Source of the DNA: Alphaproteobacteria bacterium
GTDB lineage: Bacteria; Pseudomonadota; Alphaproteobacteria; Bin95
Direction of reading: 5' to 3'
NCBI GenBank assembly: GCA_964291285.2
Contig: OZ219788.1
Span: forward strand, 608,001-672,000
Length of the DNA: 64,000 nucleotides
The notes under the pieces are model-generated. The model saw only the letters and a program-made list of their open reading frames with translations. It searched no databases and was not told the origin of the DNA. Shown piece by piece: positions 18,280-27,543 of this stretch. Position 1 is the first letter of the stretch; each line of letters begins with the position of its first letter. The translations under genes and the position numbers were made by a program.

Positions 18280-19863
18280 ATGGCGCGGCGGAAGTTCTGG
18301 GGGTGGGGCAAGGTCGGCGAGGGCTTTACCGACGAGGAGATGAAGCCCTTCGAGGCGGATTATGCGGCGGTCTTCGGCGTGGACGGGTTCGAGGCCCGGC
18401 CGTTCCCGACCATCGACGAGATCGAGATCGCCCCGCCGCGCCTGGAGCCCCCGGCGTCGCTCGCGCCCGTCTGCACGGACGACAAGTGGGACCGCCTGGT
18501 GCACACCTTCGGCCGCTCCTTCCACGAGCAGGTCCGCATCATGGACCGCGACTTCACCGGCGCGCCCGACCTGGTGGCCCGCCCGCGCGACGAGGGCGAG
18601 GTCGCGGCCCTGCTTGACTGGTGCGCGGATGCGGGCGCGGCGGCGATACCCTTCGGCGGCGGCTCCTCGGTGGTTGGCGGCGTGCATCCGGATGTGGGCG
18701 GCGGCTTCAAGGGAGCGGTCTCCATCGACATGGGCGCTATGGACCGGGTGCTGGAGATCGACCGGACCTCGCGCGCCGCCCGCATCCAGGCGGGCGTCTA
18801 CGGGCCCCACCTCGAAGACCAGCTCCGCCCGCACGGCCTGACCTTGCGCTACTACCCGCAGAGCTTCGAATACTCGACGCTCGGCGGCTGGATCGCGACG
18901 CGCGGCGGCGGCCACTACGCCACCATGCTGACCCATATCGATGACGTGACCGAGAGCGTGCGCGCCGTGACGCCGGCCGGCCTGCATGACAGCTTCCGCC
19001 TGCCGGGCTCCGGGGCCGGCCCCAGTCCCGACCGGCTGTTCCTCGGCTCCGAGGGCGCGCTCGGAATCATCACCGAAGCCTGGATGCGCATTCAGGACCG
19101 CCCGACCTTCCGAGCCGGCCATTCGGTCGAGTTCGAGCGTTTCATGGACGGGGCGGAGGCCGTGCGCGCCATCTCGCAGGCCGGGCTCTATCCCGCCAAC
19201 CTGCGCCTGCTCGACCATGCCGAAGTGCGCTGGTCGGGGGCGGGGGACGGCTCGGCGGCGGTGCTGGTGCTGGGCTTCGAGAGCGCCGACCACCCGCTCG
19301 ACGCCTGGATGGCGCGGGCGCTGGAATGCTGCCGGGACCATGGCGGCCGGCTTCCGGAAGAGGCCGGCGGCGGCGGGAATGCGGCAGCGCGCTGGCGCGA
19401 CGCCTTCATCAAGGGCGGGCACATGCGCGAGATGCTGACCGCGCGCGCCATCATCCGCGAGACCTTCGAGACGGCGATCACCTGGGACCGGTTCGAGGAC
19501 TTCCACCGCGATGTGGCGGGCGCGGCGGAGCGCGCGCTCCGAGAGGCGACGGGACGGCCGGGCATCGTCGCCTGCCGCTTCACGCACGTCTATCCAGACG
19601 GGCCGGCGCCCTATTTCACCTTTATCGGCCTCGGCGAACAGGGCCGGCTTTCCGCGCAGTACGACACGGTCAAGAACGCGGTCTCCGACGCGATCATCGA
19701 GGCCGGCGGCACCATCACCCATCACCATGCCGTCGGGCGGGACCACATGCCCTGGTACGAGCGCCAGCGCTCCGACGTCTTCGCCGCCGCGCTCAAAGGC
19801 GCCAAGGCCGCGCTCGATCCCGCCGGCATCATGAACCCCGGCGTGCTGCTCCCGGCGCCCTGA
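18280..19863 (+). CDS. FAD-binding oxidoreductase (alkyl-DHAP synthase-like)
   Basis: PFGGGSSVVGG, YPQSFEYSTLGGW, GSEGALGIIT, THHHAVGRDH, DPAGIMNPG. Confidence 0.92.
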   Translation: MARRKFWGWGKVGEGFTDEEMKPFEADYAAVFGVDGFEARPFPTIDEIEIAPPRLEPPASLAPVCTDDKWDRLVHTFGRSFHEQVRIMDRDFTGAPDLVARPRDEGEVAALLDWCADAGAAAIPFGGGSSVVGGVHPDVGGGFKGAVSIDMGAMDRVLEIDRTSRAARIQAGVYGPHLEDQLRPHGLTLRYYPQSFEYSTLGGWIATRGGGHYATMLTHIDDVTESVRAVTPAGLHDSFRLPGSGAGPSPDRLFLGSEGALGIITEAWMRIQDRPTFRAGHSVEFERFMDGAEAVRAISQAGLYPANLRLLDHAEVRWSGAGDGSAAVLVLGFESADHPLDAWMARALECCRDHGGRLPEEAGGGGNAAARWRDAFIKGGHMREMLTARAIIRETFETAITWDRFEDFHRDVAGAAERALREATGRPGIVACRFTHVYPDGPAPYFTFIGLGEQGRLSAQYDTVKNAVSDAIIEAGGTITHHHAVGRDHMPWYERQRSDVFAAALKGAKAALDPAGIMNPGVLLPAP

Positions 19864-20079
19864 CCGGACTCGCATCCCCGCTGTCTCCGGAACTGCGCAG
19901 GCCCGGCGCCGAAAACGGCCCGGCATGCTGTTGCGCAGGAAAAGCGGGTCTTTCCGGTTCCGGAGAACGGCGGAGCCAAAGAGGCATGTCTGGCAGGCCC
20001 GGTAATTCAGGCCGCTCCGTCTTGACCGGCAGGCGGCGCGGGGCGTCTAATCAGGATCGAGTCTGGAAGGAGGCTGTGC

Positions 20080-20964
20080 ATGGAACCGGTGCGCTATATC
20101 GACCGCACGCGCGACGACTATATCCGGCAGGGCTATGAGAAGGCCTATGAGTGGGCGCACTTCGAGGAGGCGCCGTTCACGCGGCTCTCCAAGCCGCTTT
20201 CGGAATGCCGCGTCGGGCTGATCGGCACCAGCGAGATCGCGGTGCGCTACGACCCGGAGACGGAAGAAAACCCCGTGGTCGAAGAGGACTTCCGTGGCGT
20301 CTATTCCTTCTCGGCCGACACGCCGACGGAGAAGCTCTACAGCCGCACCGCCTCGTTCGACCGCTTCGCCACCCATCTCGACGATGTCAACGCCTACTAC
20401 CCGGTGGACCGGCTGCGCGAGGCGGTGGCCGACGGCCGGGTCGCCGGCATGCCGGACCGGTTCTACGGTTGCTACAACAATTACAGCAAGCGCAAGGTGA
20501 TGACCGAGGAGGCGCCCAAGGCGCTGGCCTGGTGCCGCGAGGACGGCATCGACGCGCTGCTCATGGTGCCTGTCTGACCCGTCTGCCATCAGACCGTGAG
20601 TCTGATCAGCAGGCATATCGAGGCGGCGGGCCTCCCGACCGTGGTGATCGGGGCGGCGCGCGACATCGTCGAGCATTGCGGCATCGCCCGCTATGTCTTC
20701 ACCGACTTCCCGCTCGGCAGCCCCTGCGGCGAGCCCTGGGACACGGACCAGCAGCGCGCGATCTTCCAGATGGCGCTCGACCTGCTCGAGGAGGCGGAGG
20801 GCCCCCGCACCACCCGCGAGGCCGGCTTCCGCTGGAGCGCCGGCGAGGACTGGAAGCGCCTCGTTTTCACCGCCGAGCAGCCCTGGCAGGACGAGGCCAC
20901 GCACGCCCAGTGGATGGCGCGCAAGGAGGAATACCGGCAGCTCCGCGCGGCGGGCAAGGTGTGA
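20080..20964 (+). CDS. selenoprotein, glycine/betaine/proline reductase selenoprotein B-like (Sec at 20575-20577)
   Basis: Two track ORFs are in frame across a single TGA, giving LMVPV-U-PVCHQTVSL; SECIS-like hairpin directly follows. Confidence 0.88.
20581..20614 (+). promoter_or_regulatory. bacterial SECIS-like hairpin
   Basis: Upper stem ATCAGAC/GTCTGAT, loop CGTGA starting 18 nt after UGA, lower stem GTCTGC/GCAGGC. Confidence 0.8.
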
Positions 20965-21218
20965 ACGCCGTGGCGGCGACGCCCGGGGTCACGCTCTACA
21001 CCACGCCCCTCTGCGCGCCCTGCGAGCAGGTGAAGCGCTATCTGGAGTCGCGCGGCGTCGCCTTTCTGCGGCGCGACCTGATGATGGACGAGGAAGCGCA
21101 GGACCGGCTGGACGCCGCGCGCATCCGCAGCACGCCCGCCATAGAGGTCGACGGAACCTTCCTCGCCGGCGACGCGCTCACCCGCGAGGCTCTCGACCGG
21201 CTGCTGGGGCTGGACTGA
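20961..21218 (+). CDS. glutaredoxin/NrdH-like protein
   Basis: VTLYTTPLCAPCEQVKRYL..STPAIEVDG; GTG start overlaps the selenoprotein stop. Confidence 0.85.
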   Translation: MNAVAATPGVTLYTTPLCAPCEQVKRYLESRGVAFLRRDLMMDEEAQDRLDAARIRSTPAIEVDGTFLAGDALTREALDRLLGLD

Positions 21219-21225
21219 CCGCGCC

Positions 21226-22107
21226 GTGGCGGAGTCCGTCGTTCTCTACGAGGAACGCGGCAGCACCGCCATTGTCTCGCTCAACCGGCCGGAACGGCTC
21301 AACACGCTGACCGAGGAGATGGTCGAGGGCGTGGCGGACGCCATCGACCGCGCCGCCGCCTCGCGCCCCGTGCGCGCGGTCGTGCTGCGAGGCGAAGGGC
21401 GCGCTCTCTCCGCCGGCTACGACCTGGAGGCGACCGGCGCCTCGCTGGAGGCTGGCTGGTCCCAGCCTTACGATGCGCCGCGCCCGGAGCCGCGCCTCGG
21501 CGCCTGGGACCCGGTGCGCGACCACCGCGCCATGGGCCGCAATGTCGAGCGGTTCATGAAGATATGGGACTGCCCGAAGCCGGTGCTGGGCGCGATACAA
21601 GGCTGGGCGGTCGGCGGCGCGACGGATCTCGTACTCTGCTGCGACTTGCTGTTCATGGCCGACGACGCCTATATCGGCTATGCGCCGTCGCGGATTTTCG
21701 GCACGCCGACCACCATGCTCTGGGTCTATCGCCTCGGGCTCGAGCACGCCAAGCAATTCCTGTTGAGCGGCGACGCCATCGACGCGGAGACGGCGCACCG
21801 CATCGGCCTCGTTTCCCATGTCTGCCCGCCGGAAGAGTTGGACGAGCGTATCGAAGCCCATGCGCGGCGCTTCGAGCACATTCCGGGCAACCAGCTTGCG
21901 CTCAACAAGCTGCTCATCAACCAGGCCTTCGAGAATATGGGGCTCAGGACGACGCAACTGCTCGGCACGCTGTTCGACGGCATGACGCGCCACACGGAGG
22001 AAGCCTATCGCTGGGCGGAAAGCCTTGGCGAACAGGGCCTGCGCCGCACCGCCGCCGCCCGCGACGCCCCCTTCGGCGACTACAGCGCCAGGCCGCGCAA
22101 GGACTGA
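21226..22107 (+). CDS. crotonase / enoyl-CoA hydratase family protein
   Basis: LNRPERLN, SAGYDL, PKPVLGAIQGWAVGG. Confidence 0.92.
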   Translation: MAESVVLYEERGSTAIVSLNRPERLNTLTEEMVEGVADAIDRAAASRPVRAVVLRGEGRALSAGYDLEATGASLEAGWSQPYDAPRPEPRLGAWDPVRDHRAMGRNVERFMKIWDCPKPVLGAIQGWAVGGATDLVLCCDLLFMADDAYIGYAPSRIFGTPTTMLWVYRLGLEHAKQFLLSGDAIDAETAHRIGLVSHVCPPEELDERIEAHARRFEHIPGNQLALNKLLINQAFENMGLRTTQLLGTLFDGMTRHTEEAYRWAESLGEQGLRRTAAARDAPFGDYSARPRKD

Positions 22108-22131
22108 ATGCCGCAAACGGGAGGAACGCCG

Positions 22132-23481
22132 ATGAAAGCTGGGGGCAAGGGTCTTTGGGGCTGGATGTCCTTCGATTGGGCGAACCAGCCATTCCACACC
22201 GTCATCGTATTGTTCGTGTTCGGCCCCTATTTCGCGTCCCAGGTTGCAGAAGACGTTGTCAGCGGCCAGGCGATATGGGGCTATGCGATTGCGACGGGGT
22301 CGGTGCTGATGGCGCTCTCGGCCCCGGTGCTGGGCGCGGTCGCGGATGCCCAGGGGCCGCGCAAGCCCTGGATCCTGGTCTTCTCGCTGGTCTATGTCAT
22401 CGGCGCGGCCGGGCTCTGGTACGCCGAGCCCGGCATGGCGGACCCGCTGCCGATCCTGGTGCTGCTGGCGGTGGCGCTGATCGGGGCGGAAATCACGCTT
22501 GTGTTCGTGAACTCGCTGCTGCCGGAAGTCGGCCCGCGAGAGGAGCTCGGGCGCATATCGGGCTCCGGCTGGGCGTTCGGCTATTGGGGCGGCCTCGTGG
22601 CGCTCGCCATCGTGCTCGGCCTGATGACGCCGGCGCCGGGCTCCGACAAAACGATACTCGGCATGGCGCCGGTTCTCGGCCTCGACCCGGCCATGGGCGA
22701 GGGCGCGCGCGCGGCCGGGCCGTTCTCGGTGCTCTGGTATGTCGTCTTCATGGTGCCCTTCTTCCTCTGGTCGCCGGATGCGAGCCGGCGCCCGAGCGGA
22801 ACCGCCGGCGCGGTCGCCGAGGGGCTGCGCGGCCTGAAGGCAACGCTGGCCGGCCTGCCGTCAAGGCCGAGCCTGCTTGCCTATCTGCTCTCGTCCATGT
22901 TCTACCGCGACGCGATCCTCGGAATCGGGACCTTCGGCGGCATCTACGCCACCGGCGTGCTCGGATGGGGCATGTTCGAGCTCGGCATCTTCGGCCTTGT
23001 CATCCTCATCGCCGGCGCGCTCGGCGCCTGGGCAGGCGGATTGCAGGACAGGCGCCGCGGACCGAAACCGGTGATCGTGTTCAATATCGTCCTGCTGACG
23101 GCCGCCGCGGCCGCCATCATGACCATCGCGCCGAACGAGGTGCTGTTCATCGCTGTGGGCACGACGGAAGCGCCGTCCGCGCTGCCGGCGGTCACCTTCT
23201 ATTTCTGCGGCGCGGTCATCGGCGCCACGTCGGGCTCGCTGCAGGCGGCGTCGCGCACCATGCTCGTCCATCAGGCAGACCGGGAGCGGATGGCGGAGGC
23301 GTTCGGCCTGTTTGCGCTGACCGGCAAGGCCACGTCGTTCCTCGCCCCCTTCTTCGTGGCGCTGGCGACCGACCTGTCCGGCAGCCAGCGCCTGGGCGTG
23401 GTGCCGATCCTGGTCCTGCTCGCCATCGGCCTCGTGCTGATGGCATGGGTCCGCCCGGAGGGCGACCGCCGCGAGGCGTGA
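22132..23481 (+). CDS. MFS transporter (ATG22/UMF1-like)
   Basis: WMSFDWANQP, GRISGSGWAFGY, QAASRT, FGLFALTGK. Confidence 0.9.
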   Translation: MKAGGKGLWGWMSFDWANQPFHTVIVLFVFGPYFASQVAEDVVSGQAIWGYAIATGSVLMALSAPVLGAVADAQGPRKPWILVFSLVYVIGAAGLWYAEPGMADPLPILVLLAVALIGAEITLVFVNSLLPEVGPREELGRISGSGWAFGYWGGLVALAIVLGLMTPAPGSDKTILGMAPVLGLDPAMGEGARAAGPFSVLWYVVFMVPFFLWSPDASRRPSGTAGAVAEGLRGLKATLAGLPSRPSLLAYLLSSMFYRDAILGIGTFGGIYATGVLGWGMFELGIFGLVILIAGALGAWAGGLQDRRRGPKPVIVFNIVLLTAAAAAIMTIAPNEVLFIAVGTTEAPSALPAVTFYFCGAVIGATSGSLQAASRTMLVHQADRERMAEAFGLFALTGKATSFLAPFFVALATDLSGSQRLGVVPILVLLAIGLVLMAWVRPEGDRREA

Positions 23482-23485
23482 CGGA

Positions 23486-23830
23486 ATGCCGGCCCTCCGA
23501 ATCGACTATGTCGAGTTCGCCGTGGCCGATACCGTCCGGTCGAAAGCCTTTTACGGCCGCGCCTTCGGCTGGACCTTCACCGATTTCGGCCCCGGCTACA
23601 CCGAGTTCACGGACGGGCGCATGAAGGGCGGTTTCAATGCGCTGGAGGACGGTCCCGCGCCGGGCGGCCCGCTGGTCGTGCTCTACAGCGACGACCTGGA
23701 CTCGATCCGGCAGCGAATAGAGGAGGCCGGCGGGCGGATTACCAGGCCCGCCTACCCCTTCCCCGGCGGCCGCCGCTTCCACTTCGCGGACCCCGATGGC
23801 CATGAGCTTGCCGTTTGGACCGAGAACTGA
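23486..23830 (+). CDS. VOC/glyoxalase family protein
   Basis: IDYVEF..FYGRAFGW..FPGGRRFHFADPDGHELAVW. Confidence 0.92.
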   Translation: MPALRIDYVEFAVADTVRSKAFYGRAFGWTFTDFGPGYTEFTDGRMKGGFNALEDGPAPGGPLVVLYSDDLDSIRQRIEEAGGRITRPAYPFPGGRRFHFADPDGHELAVWTEN

Positions 23831-23849
23831 ACGGCCAGGAGCGCGAGGC

Positions 23850-24845
23850 TTATCCCCTGCCGCCGGAGAGCAGCGCCGGGTCGATCCGCATCCTGAGCGG
23901 TTTGCCGGCGAGGAAGCGGTCCAGATTGTCGAGGAAGAGTTCGTCGTTGCGCCGGACGGTGCCGGGCGAGGCGCCCGCGCAATGCGCGCTCATCCGGACG
24001 CGCGGGTGAGACCAGAACCGGCTCCATGCCGGCAGCGGTTCCTCCTCGAACACGTCCAGCACCGCATGCGCCGGCCGGCCCCGGTCGAGCGCGGCCAGCA
24101 GCGCCCGCTCGTCCACCAGCCCGCCGCGCGCGATATTCACCAGCACGGAGCCCGCCTTCATCGCGTCGAGGAAATCCGCATCGACCATGCCGCGCGTCTC
24201 GTCCGTCAGCGGCGCCGTCAGCACGACGACATCGGCGTCCGGCAACGCGCGGGCAAGCTCCGATGGGGCAATCATGGCATCGGCCGGCTCGCCGCCGGCC
24301 GGGCTGCGACGCACGCCCGTCACATGCGCGTCGAACCCTTTTGCGCGCCTTGCCACCGCCCGTCCGATATGGCCCATGCCGACCACCAGCCAGCGCGTGT
24401 CGGCGACCTCCCGGAACTCGACCCGCTGCCACAACCGGCCGCGCTGTTGTTTCCGCCGCTCCTCACCGCGATGGAACGCTTCCATGACGCCCGCCAGCAC
24501 ATAGTCCGCGACCGCAGGGCCGGCGGCGTCACTGTTGCAGATGACGGCGCCCCCGCGCGCCAGCAGCGGGAAGACCGGCGCGTCGTGACCTGCGGCGCCG
24601 GATTGCAGCCAGCGCAGCGTCCCCGCATGGCGCAGCACGCCGAAGAAGGCGCGCACCGGGCCGTGCGTGTAGAGGCCGCTGGAGGCATAAGCGGCTTCCG
24701 GCGCGACGGCATGGCGGTCGATTGCCCTTCCACCCGGGCCGCGAACCGCTTTTCCGTCATCCATGACGGCAATATCGAGACCCGGAAACGCCTCCAGTCG
24801 GGCGGCAAGCCGCTCACGGTCGGGCCGGTAGAGGAAAAGACGCAT
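23850..24845 (-). CDS. D-2-hydroxyacid dehydrogenase
   Basis: GMGHIG, NIARG, LDVFEEEPLP, SAH motifs. Confidence 0.9.
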   Translation of the reverse strand: MRLFLYRPDRERLAARLEAFPGLDIAVMDDGKAVRGPGGRAIDRHAVAPEAAYASSGLYTHGPVRAFFGVLRHAGTLRWLQSGAAGHDAPVFPLLARGGAVICNSDAAGPAVADYVLAGVMEAFHRGEERRKQQRGRLWQRVEFREVADTRWLVVGMGHIGRAVARRAKGFDAHVTGVRRSPAGGEPADAMIAPSELARALPDADVVVLTAPLTDETRGMVDADFLDAMKAGSVLVNIARGGLVDERALLAALDRGRPAHAVLDVFEEEPLPAWSRFWSHPRVRMSAHCAGASPGTVRRNDELFLDNLDRFLAGKPLRMRIDPALLSGGRG

Positions 24846-24970
24846 GGAGGCCGCCCCCGGTTCGCAGGATGCTGCGCCTCTTCGACGCCCCGGGGACGCC
24901 CTCGCCAACGAAGCGCCCGGCAGGGTAGCATCCGGCCCGGAACGAGACAAAGAACGGCAGGAAACCGGCC

Positions 24971-26518
24971 ATGAACTGGCAGCCCGAACTCGACGAACTG
25001 CGCCGGCGCGAAGCCTTCGCGCTCAAACTCGGCGGCGAGATGCGCGTGCGCCGCCAGCGCGACGGCGGGCGGCTCAATGTCCGCGAGCGGATCGCGGCCC
25101 TGGTCGATGATGGCAGCTTCCACGAGATCGGCGCCATTGCCGGGCTGGCGCAGTATGACGGCCGCAACGACCTGAAACATTTGCTGCCGTCCAACTTCGT
25201 CTTCGGGCGCGCACGGCTCGACGGGCGGCCCGTGGTCGTCGGGGGCGACGACTTCACCGTGCGCGGCGGGTCGGCCGACGCCACCATCAAGGAAAAGCAC
25301 ATCATGTGCGAGCAGATGGCGAACCAGCTCCGCCTGCCGCTGGTGCGCATGGTGGAGGGCTCGGGCGGCGGCGGCTCGGTCAAGACCATCGAGACCGAGG
25401 GCCGCTCGAACGTGCCCGGCGTCAAGGGCTGGGAATGGGTGGTCGAGAACATGGGCACCGTGCCGCGCGTCGCGCTCGGGCTGGGCTCCGTGGCCGGTCT
25501 CGGCGCGGCGCATCTGGCGGCGGCGCATTTCTCGGTGCTGGTCAAGGAGCAGGCGGCGCTGTTCGTCGCCGGCCCGCCCGTGGTCGAGCGGCTCGGCGAG
25601 AAGCTCGACAAGCAGGAGCTCGGCGGCTGGAAGATCCATGCCCGCAACGGCGCGATAGACTATGCCGCCGACAGCGAGGAGCACGCCTTCGACCTCGCGC
25701 GCCGGTTCCTCTCCTACCTGCCCTCCTCCATAGACAGCTTGGCCGAACAGGGGCCGCAGACCGACGATCCCGACCGGCGCGAGGAGTGGCTGATCGAGGC
25801 CGTGCCGCGCGACCGGCGCAAGGTCTACCGCGTCCGGCCCATCGTCGAGGCGGTGGTGGACCGGGGCAGCTTCTTCGAGTTCGGGCGGGAATGGGGCCGG
25901 TCGGTCGCCACAGGCTTCGCGCGGCTCGACGGCTGGCCCGTGGCGGTGATGGCCTCGGACCCCTATTTCTTCGGCGGCGGCTGGACCGCTGACGCCTGCC
26001 GCAAGGTGCGCCGCTTCGTCGATCTCGCCCAGACCTTCCACCTGCCGATGGTCTATCTGGTCGACTGTCCGGGCTTCCTGATCGGCTCCAAGTCCGAGCG
26101 CGAGGCGACGATCCGCTACGGCGTCGAGGCGATGTCGGCCATCTGGCAGACCACCATCCCCTGGTGCGCGGTGATCCTGCGCAATGTCTTCGGCGTGGCG
26201 GGCGCGGCGCACCAGAACGGCGGGCGGCTCTCCTACCGCTACGCCTGGCCCTCGGGCTTCTGGGGTTCGCTGCCGCTCGAAGGCGGCATCGAGGCGGCCT
26301 ACCGCGCGGACCTCGACGAGGCCGAGGACCCGGACGCCAAGCTCACCGAGATCGAGGAACGGCTGGAGAAGCTGCGCTCGCCCTTCCGCTCGGCCGAGAC
26401 CTTCTGGATCGAGGAGATCGTGGACCCGCGCAACACCCGCCCGCTGCTCTGCGAGTTCGCCAACCTTTCCGCCCCTCTGCGCGAAACCGGCCCGAGCTGG
26501 TTCCGCATGCGGCCCTGA
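24971..26518 (+). CDS. acyl-CoA carboxylase carboxyltransferase subunit
   Basis: RERIAALVD, DDFTVRGGS, VAGPPVV, DCPGFLIG motifs. Confidence 0.92.
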   Translation: MNWQPELDELRRREAFALKLGGEMRVRRQRDGGRLNVRERIAALVDDGSFHEIGAIAGLAQYDGRNDLKHLLPSNFVFGRARLDGRPVVVGGDDFTVRGGSADATIKEKHIMCEQMANQLRLPLVRMVEGSGGGGSVKTIETEGRSNVPGVKGWEWVVENMGTVPRVALGLGSVAGLGAAHLAAAHFSVLVKEQAALFVAGPPVVERLGEKLDKQELGGWKIHARNGAIDYAADSEEHAFDLARRFLSYLPSSIDSLAEQGPQTDDPDRREEWLIEAVPRDRRKVYRVRPIVEAVVDRGSFFEFGREWGRSVATGFARLDGWPVAVMASDPYFFGGGWTADACRKVRRFVDLAQTFHLPMVYLVDCPGFLIGSKSEREATIRYGVEAMSAIWQTTIPWCAVILRNVFGVAGAAHQNGGRLSYRYAWPSGFWGSLPLEGGIEAAYRADLDEAEDPDAKLTEIEERLEKLRSPFRSAETFWIEEIVDPRNTRPLLCEFANLSAPLRETGPSWFRMRP

Positions 26519-26641
26519 CGGCACCGCAGGGTTCCGGCGGAGGCGGGGCGGAGCTGCGGCCGTTGCCCGTCGATTAAACCGGATCGGCTCCTGCGCTAAG
26601 TTCGTCCCGGATACGAGGGTGAAAACAGGAGGCCAGACCCC

Positions 26642-27538
26642 ATGACCGATGCAATCCGGGGGATCGACCACGCCATTATCGGCGTCCGCGACCTCGATGC
26701 GGCGCGCGCGCAGTTCGAGCGTCTCGGCTTCACCGCCGCCCCGCTCGGCAACCATGTCGGCAAGGCGACCGCGAACCACTGCATCATGTTCGCCGACAGC
26801 TACCTGGAACTGCTCGGCATCAACGAGCCGGACAAGCCCGACACGCTCGGGCTCGACGCCTTCCTGGCGGCGCGCGGCGAAGGGTTGGTGAAGATCGCGC
26901 TCGGCACGCCGGACGCCGACGCCGCCCGCGCCGACATCGAGGCGCAGGGCTTCTCCCCGACCGGGCCGGACGACCTCGCCCGCCCGCTGACCGACCGGCC
27001 CGACGCCATCGTGCGCTTCCGCAACCTCCAGATCCCGGCGGCGGAGACGGGCGGCCTCGGCACCTTCCTCTGCGGCCACAAGACGCCGGAGCTGATGCGC
27101 CCGCCGGGCTCGATGGACCATGCGAACGGCGCGCGCAACCTGGTGTCCGCCGCTGCCGTCGTGGACGATGTGGGAGCGGTGGCGGGCCCCTGGGCGCGCC
27201 TGCTGGGCCGCCCGGCCGAAGAGACCGGATACGGCAGCGCTGTCCTGGATACCGGGCGCGGCCATGTGCTGGTGGGCACGCCCGAGAATGTCCGCATGGA
27301 CCCCAGGAGCGCCGGCCTCCTGCGGATTACGCCACTGCCGGATCCGCTGCCGGCGCGGCCCTTCTATTATTATCTTCGGATCGAGGTGCCGTCCGTAGCC
27401 GACGTAATGAGAGTCCTGCAACGCAACGGCATTCAGCCGGCCGCCATGGGGGGCGGTATGGGCGCGAGCCGGAGCGGTTCCGGTCCTCGCCTGCTGGTTG
27501 AAGCCTGCGGGGTGCCGCTCGAATTCGCGCAGGCGTAG
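26642..27538 (+). CDS. VOC family protein (Glyoxalase_3-like)
   Basis: IDHAIIGVRDL..LGF..H..TANHCIMF..YLELLG..HANGA. Confidence 0.88.
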   Translation: MTDAIRGIDHAIIGVRDLDAARAQFERLGFTAAPLGNHVGKATANHCIMFADSYLELLGINEPDKPDTLGLDAFLAARGEGLVKIALGTPDADAARADIEAQGFSPTGPDDLARPLTDRPDAIVRFRNLQIPAAETGGLGTFLCGHKTPELMRPPGSMDHANGARNLVSAAAVVDDVGAVAGPWARLLGRPAEETGYGSAVLDTGRGHVLVGTPENVRMDPRSAGLLRITPLPDPLPARPFYYYLRIEVPSVADVMRVLQRNGIQPAAMGGGMGASRSGSGPRLLVEACGVPLEFAQA

Positions 27539-27543
27539 CCCGC

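Noticed and set aside
20080-20964. Pseudogene with a premature stop, or two separate genes
   Set aside because: The TGA sits at a redox UxxC position and is followed by a SECIS-like hairpin, so Sec readthrough fits better.
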